Shown here: piece after piece, positions 1-9,014 of the stretch | Layout: every line of letters begins with the position of its first letter | How positions within the stretch are numbered: position 1 is the first letter of the stretch | DNA from: an uncultured Candidatus Saccharibacteria bacterium | GTDB lineage: Bacteria; Patescibacteriota; Minisyncoccia; Phycocordibacterales; JACNGX01 | DNA: 64,000 bases | Assembly (NCBI GenBank): GCA_964621395.1 | Contig: CAZULS010000001.1 | Span: forward strand, 64,615-128,614 | Direction: 5' to 3' | Notes under the pieces: generated by a model | What the model saw: the letters and a program-made list of their open reading frames with translations, nothing else | Told to the model about the DNA's origin: nothing | The model's database searches: none | Translations under genes and position numbers: made by a program

Positions 1-584
1 TTGTCGCACGGGTCGTAGCAGCCATCACAGCCACACGGGTCGTAATAACAGGAATCGTAATAGTAGTAATCCTCGTAGACGTACGTGGTATCTTCGTAGT
101 AATAGTCATCATACCCCCAATCGTCATAGCCATGACTGTAATACCCATCGTAAAAATCATCGTAGTAGTTGTACCCCCAGTCGTTGTTGTATGAGAGATT
201 GTAGTAATTGGAGTCGTCCCAGATAATCTGAGGTTCAATCACGATTTCGTGTTCGTACACGACACCATAATCACCTCCATACTCACCATACTGACCATCG
301 TTATCCCAGTCATACGTGCCGCCGAAGCCATAGTATCCGTCATTGTTGTAGTCAAAATCCCAATTACCATGATCGTGATATCCGTAATCAACATCTGATG
401 CACCGGTGCCCCAATTATCGGAGCCGGTGCTTGCCCAATATTCCGTATTATCGGAATCAGCAATATATGCCATTGCCACAGAGGCCGGCATAAGAAGCGA
501 CGCGAGAAGCGCAATCATGGCACCAAGCGCCGTGACGGTGCGGTACGCGCGCGCATGCATGGTATATGCAAACATATTGTTCAT
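1..584 (-). CDS. Secreted Tyr/Asp/Gly-rich low-complexity protein, 3' end truncated by the window edge
   Basis: Absent from the ORF track. Manual translation from ATG 584: MNNMFAYTMHARAYRTVTALGAMIALLASLLMPASVAMA (signal-peptide-like), then ...DWGYNYYDDFYDGYYSHGYDDWGYDDYYYEDTTYVYEDYYYYDSCYYDPCGCDGCYDPCD, open to base 1. Confidence 0.85.
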   Translation of the reverse strand, partial: MNNMFAYTMHARAYRTVTALGAMIALLASLLMPASVAMAYIADSDNTEYWASTGSDNWGTGASDVDYGYHDHGNWDFDYNNDGYYGFGGTYDWDNDGQYGEYGGDYGVVYEHEIVIEPQIIWDDSNYYNLSYNNDWGYNYYDDFYDGYYSHGYDDWGYDDYYYEDTTYVYEDYYYYDSCYYDPCGCDGCYDPCD

Positions 585-684
585 ACGAATTGAATTTGCT
601 GCGAGGAATGTGCATCTGCGCACTCCCCACCATCAAATGATTATTTCACCGTGCGGGACAACGCACAGTGTTGATAATGCCTCT

Positions 685-712
685 ATTATACACAAAAGGA
701 GCATTTTGTCAA
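685..712 (-). promoter_or_regulatory. Sigma70-type promoter for the Tyr/Asp-rich gene
   Basis: Minus strand TTGACA-16 nt-TATAAT, both hexamers perfect. Confidence 0.8.
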
Positions 713-789
713 TACCCCTTAAAGAACCTCTTTTCTTACCCCTTTCCTACCATATATAAATTGATTTGTAAATACCTTTGGACATATTG

Positions 790-813
790 AAAGGGCAGCC
801 TGAGCTGCCCTTT
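790..813. terminator. Intrinsic terminator
   Basis: aaagggcagc-ctga-gctgcccttt hairpin downstream of the 838..1695 gene. Confidence 0.7.
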
Positions 814-837
814 GTTTGTTGTGCCGATTTACCCTGT

Positions 838-1695
838 CTATCGGCGATAATACCTAGGGTGGCGCGGACCACGCCCCTGATGGGAACGTGAGCCCCATTT
901 TTGGACCCTACCTGCCCTCTTCTGGTAGAGCAGGCGTTTCTCGCCCGTCCGGGGATTTACCTGCCAGTGGCGTTCAACTTTATGAACGCTTTTTTTGGCC
1001 CTTACCCTCTTGGGAGCAGGAGCAGGGGAAAGCTTCTGCCGGTGGTAATAGGTGTTTCCCGTCCTTATAATCACTTTGGGACGAAAAACTATCCTTTTTT
1101 TAACCTTTACCGGCTGCTGTCGCCCCACGATAACTGCCTTAGGGGCAACTCGGTCCTTCCTCCAGATCTCCGTGAGAACCACGTTTCCGCAATTCTCTTT
1201 AGTGACGACGCCTGGCTCGTTCTGAAGAACGACCCTCAAGCGCCAACCACCGGGGATGTCCACCTGGACACCAGGACCGACCATGTTTTGTCCCGTCCTG
1301 TTTCTGTACACATGCCCAGACGGTGCCATGTGCACTCCTCTGGCATATGACATACCGAGAAAGTACGCCCCTTCGGGCACATAGACCTTTCTCGGCTCCC
1401 AGAGCTGTCGCAGAACCTGGCGCTGAACGGAATCGAAATCACCCGACTCCATTCTGCCAGGAACTCGCTGCGAGAACATCTGGAATATGCGCTCGGTCAC
1501 CCGAGTTGCATACGCCGGATACTCGTCGCGAGAGAGGCCAGCAAGGCCACCCTTCCAGTCCGAACCACTCCCTATTGGATACTTGTACTCAAGCACCCGA
1601 TAAGTGTGTTGCCGAATATTTACCGTCTCGGCACAGACGTTCGTCGTGAACGCAAAAAGCGCAACGACGAGGAAAAGTAAAGTTTTTTTCATCAC
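838..1695 (-). CDS. Hypothetical secreted protein with Lys/Arg-rich C-terminus (ORFan)
   Basis: Signal peptide MKKTLLFLVVALFAFTTNVCA, SD AAGGAGG, promoter TTGACA-17-TAGAAT at about 1751-1779, own terminator. Confidence 0.75.
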   Translation of the reverse strand: MMKKTLLFLVVALFAFTTNVCAETVNIRQHTYRVLEYKYPIGSGSDWKGGLAGLSRDEYPAYATRVTERIFQMFSQRVPGRMESGDFDSVQRQVLRQLWEPRKVYVPEGAYFLGMSYARGVHMAPSGHVYRNRTGQNMVGPGVQVDIPGGWRLRVVLQNEPGVVTKENCGNVVLTEIWRKDRVAPKAVIVGRQQPVKVKKRIVFRPKVIIRTGNTYYHRQKLSPAPAPKRVRAKKSVHKVERHWQVNPRTGEKRLLYQKRAGRVQKWGSRSHQGRGPRHPRYYRR

Positions 1696-2060
1696 AAGCC
1701 CCCTCCTTGGGGCATAGGCTTTTCAAGTTACATAAATTATCCTGCCACCATTCTATACCAAAAGAATGGTTTTGTCAAGACCTTGGTAGCTTATGGCTTA
1801 TAGCTTTGAGCTTATAGGAAAAAGAGCGGCGACCGAAGGTCGCCGCTCTTTCTTTTTTGTTCAAACACAATTACAGCGAAGATCCCCGTTCAAGCCGGGA
1901 ATGACAGTATAGATTTGTTTTCTAGGGCGCACGCAGTGCGCCCTTCTAAAAACTACCAACTAATCACTAAAAACTTCCCCATTCTCTCACCACACTCAAA
2001 TAACCACTCCCTCTAAGCTCAAAGCTATAAGCTAAAAGCTCGCTATGCTATACTATACCC

Positions 2061-3764
2061 ATGATTACCTTCCGCGATCCGAAACAAAAAGAACGCTACG
2101 AAGAGCTCCATAAACAAGAAGAGGAGGAATTGGTTCGTGTGCTCTCGGCACGCTATGGCGTCCCGTCGACCACCCTTTCGTCCGCTACTGTAAACACCGA
2201 TGCACTCAAGCTCGTTGCCGAAGCGGAGGCACGCAAAGCAGGCATTGCTCCTTTCGCGCTTCTCGGCAAAAAAGTAAAAGTCGCCGCTCTTTCGCCAAAA
2301 ACCAATGAGGTAAAAAGTATACTGGAAGATCTTTCCCGTCGCGGCTATGAGCCGGACATTGTCATGGTCTCCCACGACAGCATCGAGCAGGCATGGTCGC
2401 TGTATCCGGAAATTTCCCGTGCTGAGGAAACAGAGGCCGGTGTGTTTGACATTTCCGGAAGCCAGCTTGAGTCCATGTCGTCGGATATCGCAAAAATCAG
2501 CGACATCACCGCTACCATCGGCTCAATCACCGAGGGCGGTGCGCGTAATAAAGTGACTCGCATCCTTGAAGCACTTCTCGGGGGAGCTATTGCTATCGAT
2601 GCATCCGACGTGCACTTCGAGCCGGAAGAGGGTGGGGCTCGTGTGCGTATTCGCGTTGATGGTGTGCTTGTCGACACAGCCTCGCTCAACACGGATGTCT
2701 ATTCTTTCATCCTCTCTCGTGTCAAGCTTCTCTCCGGACTCAAGCTCAATGTGACGAAAACATCGCAAGACGGCCGTTTCAGTATTCGTCTTCATGATCG
2801 CAATATTGAAATTCGTGCATCGGTGATTCCGGAGGAACACGGCGAATCCATCGTACTCCGACTTCTCGACCCCACATCGCTTGGGCTCGCTTTTGAAGAT
2901 CTCGGTATTGACCCGGCACTCTTTGAAGTGATAAAGCGAGAAATTTCCCGCCCGAATGGCCTTATTCTCACCACCGGTCCGACAGGATCAGGAAAAACAA
3001 CCAGTCTCTACGCATTCTTAAAGCATGTGCATCGTTCGGAGGTAAAAATCATTACGATTGAAAATCCGATTGAATACCATCTCGACGGCATCACACAAAC
3101 ACAAACCAATCTCAAAGAAGGCTACACCTTCGCCCAAGGACTCAAAACCGCCCTCCGCCAAGACCCGGATGTGATCATGGTCGGTGAGATTCGCGATAGC
3201 GACACAGCCCAAACAGCACTCAATGCCGCCTTCACCGGACACCTTGTCTTCTCCACGCTCCACACCAACAATGCCGCCGGTGTTATCCCGCGCCTGGTAA
3301 ATCTCGGTGTGAATCCAAAGCTTATCTCTTCAGGATTAAATCTTTCTCTCGCACAGCGACTCGTGCGTCGCGTGTGTCCTTCCTGTCGTCGTCCGTATGA
3401 ACCAACGGAAGAAGAAAAAACCCTCATGAAGGGTATTATCGAGCGTTTTAACGCAAAGCGCGGTACCGAAGAAACGCTCGAGGGACACACGCTCTATGAA
3501 GCAAACACTGACCCGGATAATACATGTCCGGAATGTGGTGGGCTTGGGTATAAAGGGCGCATCGGTGTCTATGAAGGTATCCTCACCGACGGTGCCATTG
3601 AGCGCGTCGTTCTCTCCGACATGCTCACCGAACGAGAGATACGCAAGGCGGCCGAAGCGCAGGGAATCCCAACGATGGCCGAGGATGGTATTGTGAATAA
3701 AGTCCTCGCAGGTTTGACCTCATTTTGGGAACTTCGTCGAGTTGTGGATTTGGATGAATCGTGA
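2061..3764 (+). CDS. pilB: GspE/PilB-family type IV pilus assembly ATPase
   Basis: ASDVHFEP, Walker A GPTGSGKT, LRQDPDVIMVGEIRD, GHLVFSTLH, CPSC...CPEC zinc motif. Confidence 0.9.
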   Translation: MITFRDPKQKERYEELHKQEEEELVRVLSARYGVPSTTLSSATVNTDALKLVAEAEARKAGIAPFALLGKKVKVAALSPKTNEVKSILEDLSRRGYEPDIVMVSHDSIEQAWSLYPEISRAEETEAGVFDISGSQLESMSSDIAKISDITATIGSITEGGARNKVTRILEALLGGAIAIDASDVHFEPEEGGARVRIRVDGVLVDTASLNTDVYSFILSRVKLLSGLKLNVTKTSQDGRFSIRLHDRNIEIRASVIPEEHGESIVLRLLDPTSLGLAFEDLGIDPALFEVIKREISRPNGLILTTGPTGSGKTTSLYAFLKHVHRSEVKIITIENPIEYHLDGITQTQTNLKEGYTFAQGLKTALRQDPDVIMVGEIRDSDTAQTALNAAFTGHLVFSTLHTNNAAGVIPRLVNLGVNPKLISSGLNLSLAQRLVRRVCPSCRRPYEPTEEEKTLMKGIIERFNAKRGTEETLEGHTLYEANTDPDNTCPECGGLGYKGRIGVYEGILTDGAIERVVLSDMLTEREIRKAAEAQGIPTMAEDGIVNKVLAGLTSFWELRRVVDLDES

Positions 3765-4278
3765 GAATATACAAAAAGGTACGAAGTACGAACGCCTACG
3801 AACATACGAATCTTGTTTCTTGAAAGAAAACGGCTGTCATTCTGAACTTGATTCAGAATCCAGGAATAAATCTTATGGACTTCTAATCAAGTTGGGAATG
3901 ACAGCAAAAATGGGTGATGGAGCAAAAGCCATGTTCGTATGTTCGTATTGATTTGTAGTTCGCAACCCAAAAGAAAAGAACGCATAATCCTCTAAACAAA
4001 ACTTTAAGTAAGACACTAAAAGGAGAATATACACTGGGGATAGTGTCAGCACTTTCCACGGAAAGTGAAACACCAACACGTCCTTGCATATATTCCGATC
4101 ATTTGTTTAGAGGATTATACGTTCTTTTGCATCAAAAATATTCGTCTTTTTTGAGATGCAAAACAACACGCCGCATCAATCTTTCGATTATGCGGACGAT
4201 TTCGAATATTTTGTTTTCAAGTGCGTGGTGTCACTGCCGACTACCAACGTGCGGATATCCTATCATACTTGAAAAAAT

Positions 4279-5313
4279 ATGTCAACCCCCTCTCCTCACA
4301 ACAATACTCCACCTGAAAACACGCCCAAAGACGAGCAAGTCCTGGATACAACGCTTCGTCCGACAAAATGGAACGACTATATCGGACAAGAACAAATTAA
4401 AAGCAATCTCCAAATCCTCCTTTCGGCGGCACATGAGCGCAACCAAGCGCCCGAACACCTCCTTTTTTATGGCCCTCCCGGTTTGGGGAAGACAACACTC
4501 GCGCATTTGATTGCGAAAGAAATGAATGCACAAATGAAGAGCACGTCGGGGCCGGCAATTGAGAAGGTGGGTGACCTTGCATCTATTCTCACCAATCTTT
4601 CCCCGGGTGATATTCTCTTCATCGACGAAATCCATCGCTTGAATAAGCTCATTGAGGAAATTCTCTATCCGGCAATGGAAACAGGTTCACTCGATATCAT
4701 TATCGGCAAAGGACCTTCCGCGCGTACTATTCAGCTCGACCTTCCTCCCTTTACCTTAATTGCCGCAACCACACGTGTCTCTCTGCTCTCCTCCCCTCTT
4801 CGCTCACGATTTTCAGGCGGCACATTCCGACTTGAGTTTTATACCGACGAAGAGATTGCACACATTGTAAAACGTTCTGCCGATATCTTGGGTATCAATG
4901 CTTCAGACGACGCAGCGGGAAAAATCGCCGAGCGAAGCCGAAAAACGCCCCGCACCGCCAATTATCTCTTAAAGCGATGTCGCGACTTCGCCCAGGTCCA
5001 CGGCAATTCCCTTGATGAGGGCGCGGTAAGTGGCGCACTCGAGCTTCTTGCCATCGATGAGCTTGGCTTAAATGCGGGCGACCGTGCCATTCTCGATACC
5101 CTTATCACCAAATTCGGTGGCGGACCGGTAGGCCTGAAGACAATTGCTGCGGCAATCTCCGAAGAAGAGAGCACGATTGAAGAAGTTCACGAACCATACT
5201 TGCTTCAACTCGGTCTCATCGACAGAACCCCACGCGGACGCATTGCCACAGAGAAAGCATATCGACATCTGGGACATGACATACCCGATGACGCGCAAGG
5301 AAAGTTACTGTGA
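4279..5313 (+). CDS. ruvB: Holliday junction branch-migration helicase RuvB
   Basis: [36 protein letters not shown]. Confidence 0.97.
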   Translation: MSTPSPHNNTPPENTPKDEQVLDTTLRPTKWNDYIGQEQIKSNLQILLSAAHERNQAPEHLLFYGPPGLGKTTLAHLIAKEMNAQMKSTSGPAIEKVGDLASILTNLSPGDILFIDEIHRLNKLIEEILYPAMETGSLDIIIGKGPSARTIQLDLPPFTLIAATTRVSLLSSPLRSRFSGGTFRLEFYTDEEIAHIVKRSADILGINASDDAAGKIAERSRKTPRTANYLLKRCRDFAQVHGNSLDEGAVSGALELLAIDELGLNAGDRAILDTLITKFGGGPVGLKTIAAAISEEESTIEEVHEPYLLQLGLIDRTPRGRIATEKAYRHLGHDIPDDAQGKLL

Positions 5314-5555
5314 CATAACAATACATTACGAATTACGAATATAATACGAATCTACGAATGGGTTATATGACTGCTTCGGACTTGCGACTTCCCCATATCA
5401 CGATATATTTTAAAGTGACATTTCTCTGGGACATCTTCTGAGAAAAACAAAACGTAAACCTAAAACTCCAAATAGAGTATTCGTATATTCGCGATATTCG
5501 TAATTCGTAATTTACCTTATTCTCCTACCATATTAACCTCCTAACCTCCTACCAT

Positions 5556-6086
5556 ATGTCTGGACATAATAAATGGTCAAAGATCAAACATAAAAAAGCT
5601 GCGACTGACGCGGCAAAGAGCAAGGTATTCGGCAAGATTGTGAAACTCATTGCAGCTGAGTCAAAGAAGTGCGGGGGCGATGTAAATGCACCGGGTTTGC
5701 GTGCAGCGATTGAAAAAGCAAAAGCGGTAAACATGCCATCGGACAATATCGATCGTGCGGTGAAGAAAGGCCAGAGTGCTGATCACACGGCAATGGAAGT
5801 GGTGCAATATGAAGCATACGGCCCCGGGGGCTGCGGTATCATCATTACCGGACTCACCGATAATAAAAACCGCACCGCCCAGGAGATAAAACATGCATTG
5901 TCGAAACAGGGCATTGACCTTGCGGCTCCCGGGAGTGCTTCGTGGATGTTTGAAAACACGCAGGGAGACTTCACCCCCGCAACCACCATTGCCCTTGGAG
6001 ATGACGATATGGAAAAACTCGAGAAACTTGTTGAGGTACTGGAAGAAAACGATGACGTGCAAGAGGTGTTCACAAACGTAGGATAG
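5556..6086 (+). CDS. yebC: YebC/PmpR-family protein (short, 176 aa)
   Basis: MSGHNKWSKIKHKK, YEAYGPGG, TDNKNRT, DDVQEVFTN. Confidence 0.93.
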   Translation: MSGHNKWSKIKHKKAATDAAKSKVFGKIVKLIAAESKKCGGDVNAPGLRAAIEKAKAVNMPSDNIDRAVKKGQSADHTAMEVVQYEAYGPGGCGIIITGLTDNKNRTAQEIKHALSKQGIDLAAPGSASWMFENTQGDFTPATTIALGDDDMEKLEKLVEVLEENDDVQEVFTNVG

Positions 6087-6293
6087 TTACGAACATACGA
6101 ATACATACCATTAATTGCTCCGTTTCTTCAATCCTCAAATCAGACCTCAATATCTAAAGTAAGACCTCTGCCACTTTATTTTATAATGAGTGAAAGAAAT
6201 TTACACGCTTTAATCAGGAGTACAACACAAAAACATGCTTAACCCTCAAACACTAGCTTCGTATGTTCGTATGTGTTCGTACTTCGTACCCCT

Positions 6294-6770
6294 ATGCGTA
6301 TTATAGGTATCGACCCAGGTTTTGATCGTATTGGTATTGCGATTGTTGAGAAAGAGGACGGCTCTGATGTACTTGTGCATTCCACCTGTGTCGTTACCGA
6401 CCGCACCGATTCCTTTGCAGACCGACTCGTGACAATTGCCACGGAGCTTCGCACCCTCATTGAAAAGTACCAGCCCGACATGTGCGCTATCGAAACACTT
6501 CTCTTTGCGGCAAACAAAAAGACAGCCATGCAAGTAGGTGAGGCTCGTGGCGCTATGCTTCTCGTCTGTCGAGAAGCGCATCTCGATATTGTGGAATATT
6601 CACCGCTTCAGATAAAGACGGCCCTCACCGGCTATGGAAAGGCGGAGAAGTCTCAGGTTGAACAAATGGTGCGACAATTGGTGGATGTCCCCGGAGGAAA
6701 ACGACTAGACGATGAGATGGACGCTATCGCCGTTGGACTTACCGCTCTCGCACACGTGCATCATCACTGA
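6294..6770 (+). CDS. ruvC: Crossover junction endodeoxyribonuclease RuvC
   Basis: MRIIGIDPG, YSPLQIK, GYGKAEKSQV, DDEMDAIAV. Start moved to ATG 6294. Confidence 0.95.
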   Translation: MRIIGIDPGFDRIGIAIVEKEDGSDVLVHSTCVVTDRTDSFADRLVTIATELRTLIEKYQPDMCAIETLLFAANKKTAMQVGEARGAMLLVCREAHLDIVEYSPLQIKTALTGYGKAEKSQVEQMVRQLVDVPGGKRLDDEMDAIAVGLTALAHVHHH

Positions 6771-6888
6771 ATTGTATGAATTGACCTTCTTGTACCATCT
6801 CAGTATTAAGTAAAATATTTTGTTATGTTGGGTACGAAGTACGAACACATACGAACATACGAAGATAACCTCTTAAAAGGGGAGTTCT

Positions 6889-6957
6889 CGTCATTCCTGG
6901 CTCGACCAGGAATCCAGTAACAAACTCCTAGATCCCGCATCAAGTGCGGGATGACAG
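6889..6957. repeat. (C/T)GTCA-tagged REP dimer, representative of more than 20 copies in the window
   Basis: cgtcattcctggctcgaccaggaatcc...gatcccgcatcaagtgcgggatgac. Other copies near 1881, 3835, 8819, 11632, 12783, 35933, 37040, 37571, 37673, 40660, 47562, 48308, 56443, 60280, 60345, 61651. Confidence 0.85.
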
Positions 6958-7083
6958 TAAAAATGAGGACTACGTCAAAAGCTGTATTCGTATGTTCGTA
7001 GTCATTCGTAGTCCACTTGCAAAGAATATCAAAATGGATTACAAATAGTGTAATTATACGTTCATCATTTTTTACTTGTTTCT

Positions 7084-7197
7084 ATGTCTATCGAAACCAC
7101 TCTTTACGAAGAGGATACACTCCTTGAAGGACTTGGTGAAAATGAAATAGTTGAAGATGGATGCGACGAAGTGACTCACGAAAATTTTGATATATAA
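7084..7197 (+). CDS. 37-aa acidic small protein
   Basis: MSIETTLYEEDTLLEGLGENEIVEDGCDEVTHENFDI*, below the ORF-track cutoff, followed immediately by a terminator. Confidence 0.55.
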   Translation: MSIETTLYEEDTLLEGLGENEIVEDGCDEVTHENFDI

Positions 7198-7198
7198 C

Positions 7199-7234
7199 AT
7201 ACAAAAAACACGGTTCTCGCCGTGTTTTTTGTAT
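7199..7234. terminator. Bidirectional intrinsic terminator between the small ORF and tyrS
   Basis: atacaaaaaacacgg-ttctcg-ccgtgttttttgtat. Confidence 0.75.
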
Positions 7235-7284
7235 GAATCACAAGACCTCAATATATTAAGGTTAAACCTTAATTTAATATTGGC

Positions 7285-8673
7285 TTATTCAACAGCAATT
7301 TTCACAAAACGATGTTTCCCAATGCGATACGTGTGTGTCACCTCAACAACCGTATCAATACCGGTGACCGTTTCTTTTGTCTCGAGAATATGCACCCCCC
7401 CTTGAGTCACGAGCCGACGCGCATCACTCTTTGAATTTGCAAAACCCCGCTGCGCCAAAATATCTACCAACTTCTCTCCTTTCTGCGCACTAATCTCTTC
7501 GGCGTCTTCAGGGATTTCCTTTTTAGAGAACGTGTTGATGAATGTCTCTCGCGCTGTGTCTGCCGATTCCGTACCGTGGTAAATCGCAACGATCTGGTGT
7601 GCCAATGCCATCTTCGCATCACGTGGATTGAGTGTTCCCTTCTTCATGCCTCGCACAATATCTTCCACGTCTTTTTCCGGCGTGAATGTCGCAAGTGTAT
7701 GATACTGCTTGATTGCGCTGTCAGGAATCGACATCACTTTTCCAAACATACCGGTTGGACCCTCGGTGATTCCGATATAATTATCCAAGCTCTTACTCAT
7801 CTTTTCTTTTCCTTCCGTTCCCACGAGAATATCCATCGCCATGACCGCCTGCTGCTCCATCCCATTTGCCTTCATCACATCACGACCCATGTGCATATTA
7901 AAGAGTTGGTCAGACCCGCCAATTTCCAAATCGCACGATCCGTACACACGAGAAAGTACCACCGAATCAATCCCCTGAAGAACCGGATACATCATCTCGT
8001 GTATATGGAGTTCTTTGCCTCCTCTCAGGCGCTCTTGGAACATGTCGCGTTCGATTAATTGTCCGTGGGTGAGCTTTCGAAGCGTGGCGAGGAGTCCGCG
8101 CAATGTGATATTCACAATCTCTTTTCTGCCAAGCGTCTTTTTCTGCATGCGTGTATTCTCAAAGAGAAGCGCTTTTCCGAGGAATGAGCGTGGGTTGATA
8201 GGGGTCACGCCCAAGCGCATCATGAGTCCGCGCTTTGGTTCCATATCCGACACTGAGAGGAACCAGTCGGAATTACGAATCCAAGAGAATACTTCCGCTT
8301 CAGTACGGAGCACGTTCCCTACCTGGTCCAGATACGTTTGCATATTCGCCTCCACTTCACGTTGATCAATTTCCGGACGCACCTTACTCTTCCCTGAAGG
8401 ATCACCAATTTTTGCGGTAAAATCTCCCACCAAAAATATCACTCTGCAGCCAATATCCTGCAGGGCACGGAGCTTTCGAAGCACAACAGCATGCCCGAGA
8501 TGAATATCCGGACGCGTAGGATCGACACCGAATTTCACAATAATGTCGTCGGTATTCTCTCCTCGCATCTTCGCTTCGAGTTTTTTTCTGAATATATTCT
8601 CCGGATCGATGAAGTCAGTAACCCCCCGAGAAAATAATGCATCAAGTGTTGATTGAATCTCTTTTTCGTCCAT
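7285..8673 (-). CDS. tyrS: Tyrosine--tRNA ligase
   Basis: GVDPTRPDIHLGH (HIGH), GGSDQLFN, KMSKS, C-terminal S4-like domain. Start MDEKEIQ. Confidence 0.96.
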   Translation of the reverse strand: MDEKEIQSTLDALFSRGVTDFIDPENIFRKKLEAKMRGENTDDIIVKFGVDPTRPDIHLGHAVVLRKLRALQDIGCRVIFLVGDFTAKIGDPSGKSKVRPEIDQREVEANMQTYLDQVGNVLRTEAEVFSWIRNSDWFLSVSDMEPKRGLMMRLGVTPINPRSFLGKALLFENTRMQKKTLGRKEIVNITLRGLLATLRKLTHGQLIERDMFQERLRGGKELHIHEMMYPVLQGIDSVVLSRVYGSCDLEIGGSDQLFNMHMGRDVMKANGMEQQAVMAMDILVGTEGKEKMSKSLDNYIGITEGPTGMFGKVMSIPDSAIKQYHTLATFTPEKDVEDIVRGMKKGTLNPRDAKMALAHQIVAIYHGTESADTARETFINTFSKKEIPEDAEEISAQKGEKLVDILAQRGFANSKSDARRLVTQGGVHILETKETVTGIDTVVEVTHTYRIGKHRFVKIAVE

Positions 8674-9014
8674 ATATACGCTGTAATATATCACATTATG
8701 AGTAAATGTCCCATAGGAAAAAGTTATCCTGATATGGAGAAATAATAGAGTGGTTGTTAGTTGGTAGTTTTTAGTTGTGTGTTTGGCGCGGCTCACGCCG
8801 CGCCAAACACACAAGCCACTGTCATCCCGCACTTGATGCGGGATCTTGCAAAACCAAAGATAGTCTTTGGTTTTGTCCGTAACCCACTTTTCGAAACAAC
8901 TCGCTCGAGATCCCGCATCAAGTGCGGGATGACACCTATGGAGACATTACCGTGTCGCGCTATACATATTTCGTATTTCATTTTTCATATTTCAATTATG
9001 CTATACTCTATAGT

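Noticed and set aside
3050-3080. PilB Asp-box variant ITIENPIE (N for D) as inactivation
   Set aside because: A single substitution with all other motifs intact is insufficient to claim loss of function.
3742-3951. Small ORFs containing CHSELDSES or VIPHLMRD words (also 8761, 40621, 60225)
   Set aside because: They are translations of REP palindromes, not genes.
3779-7010. TACGAA repeats as a CRISPR array
   Set aside because: Units are 7-10 nt, degenerate and inverted. There are no 23-47-nt direct repeats with unique spacers and no cas genes.
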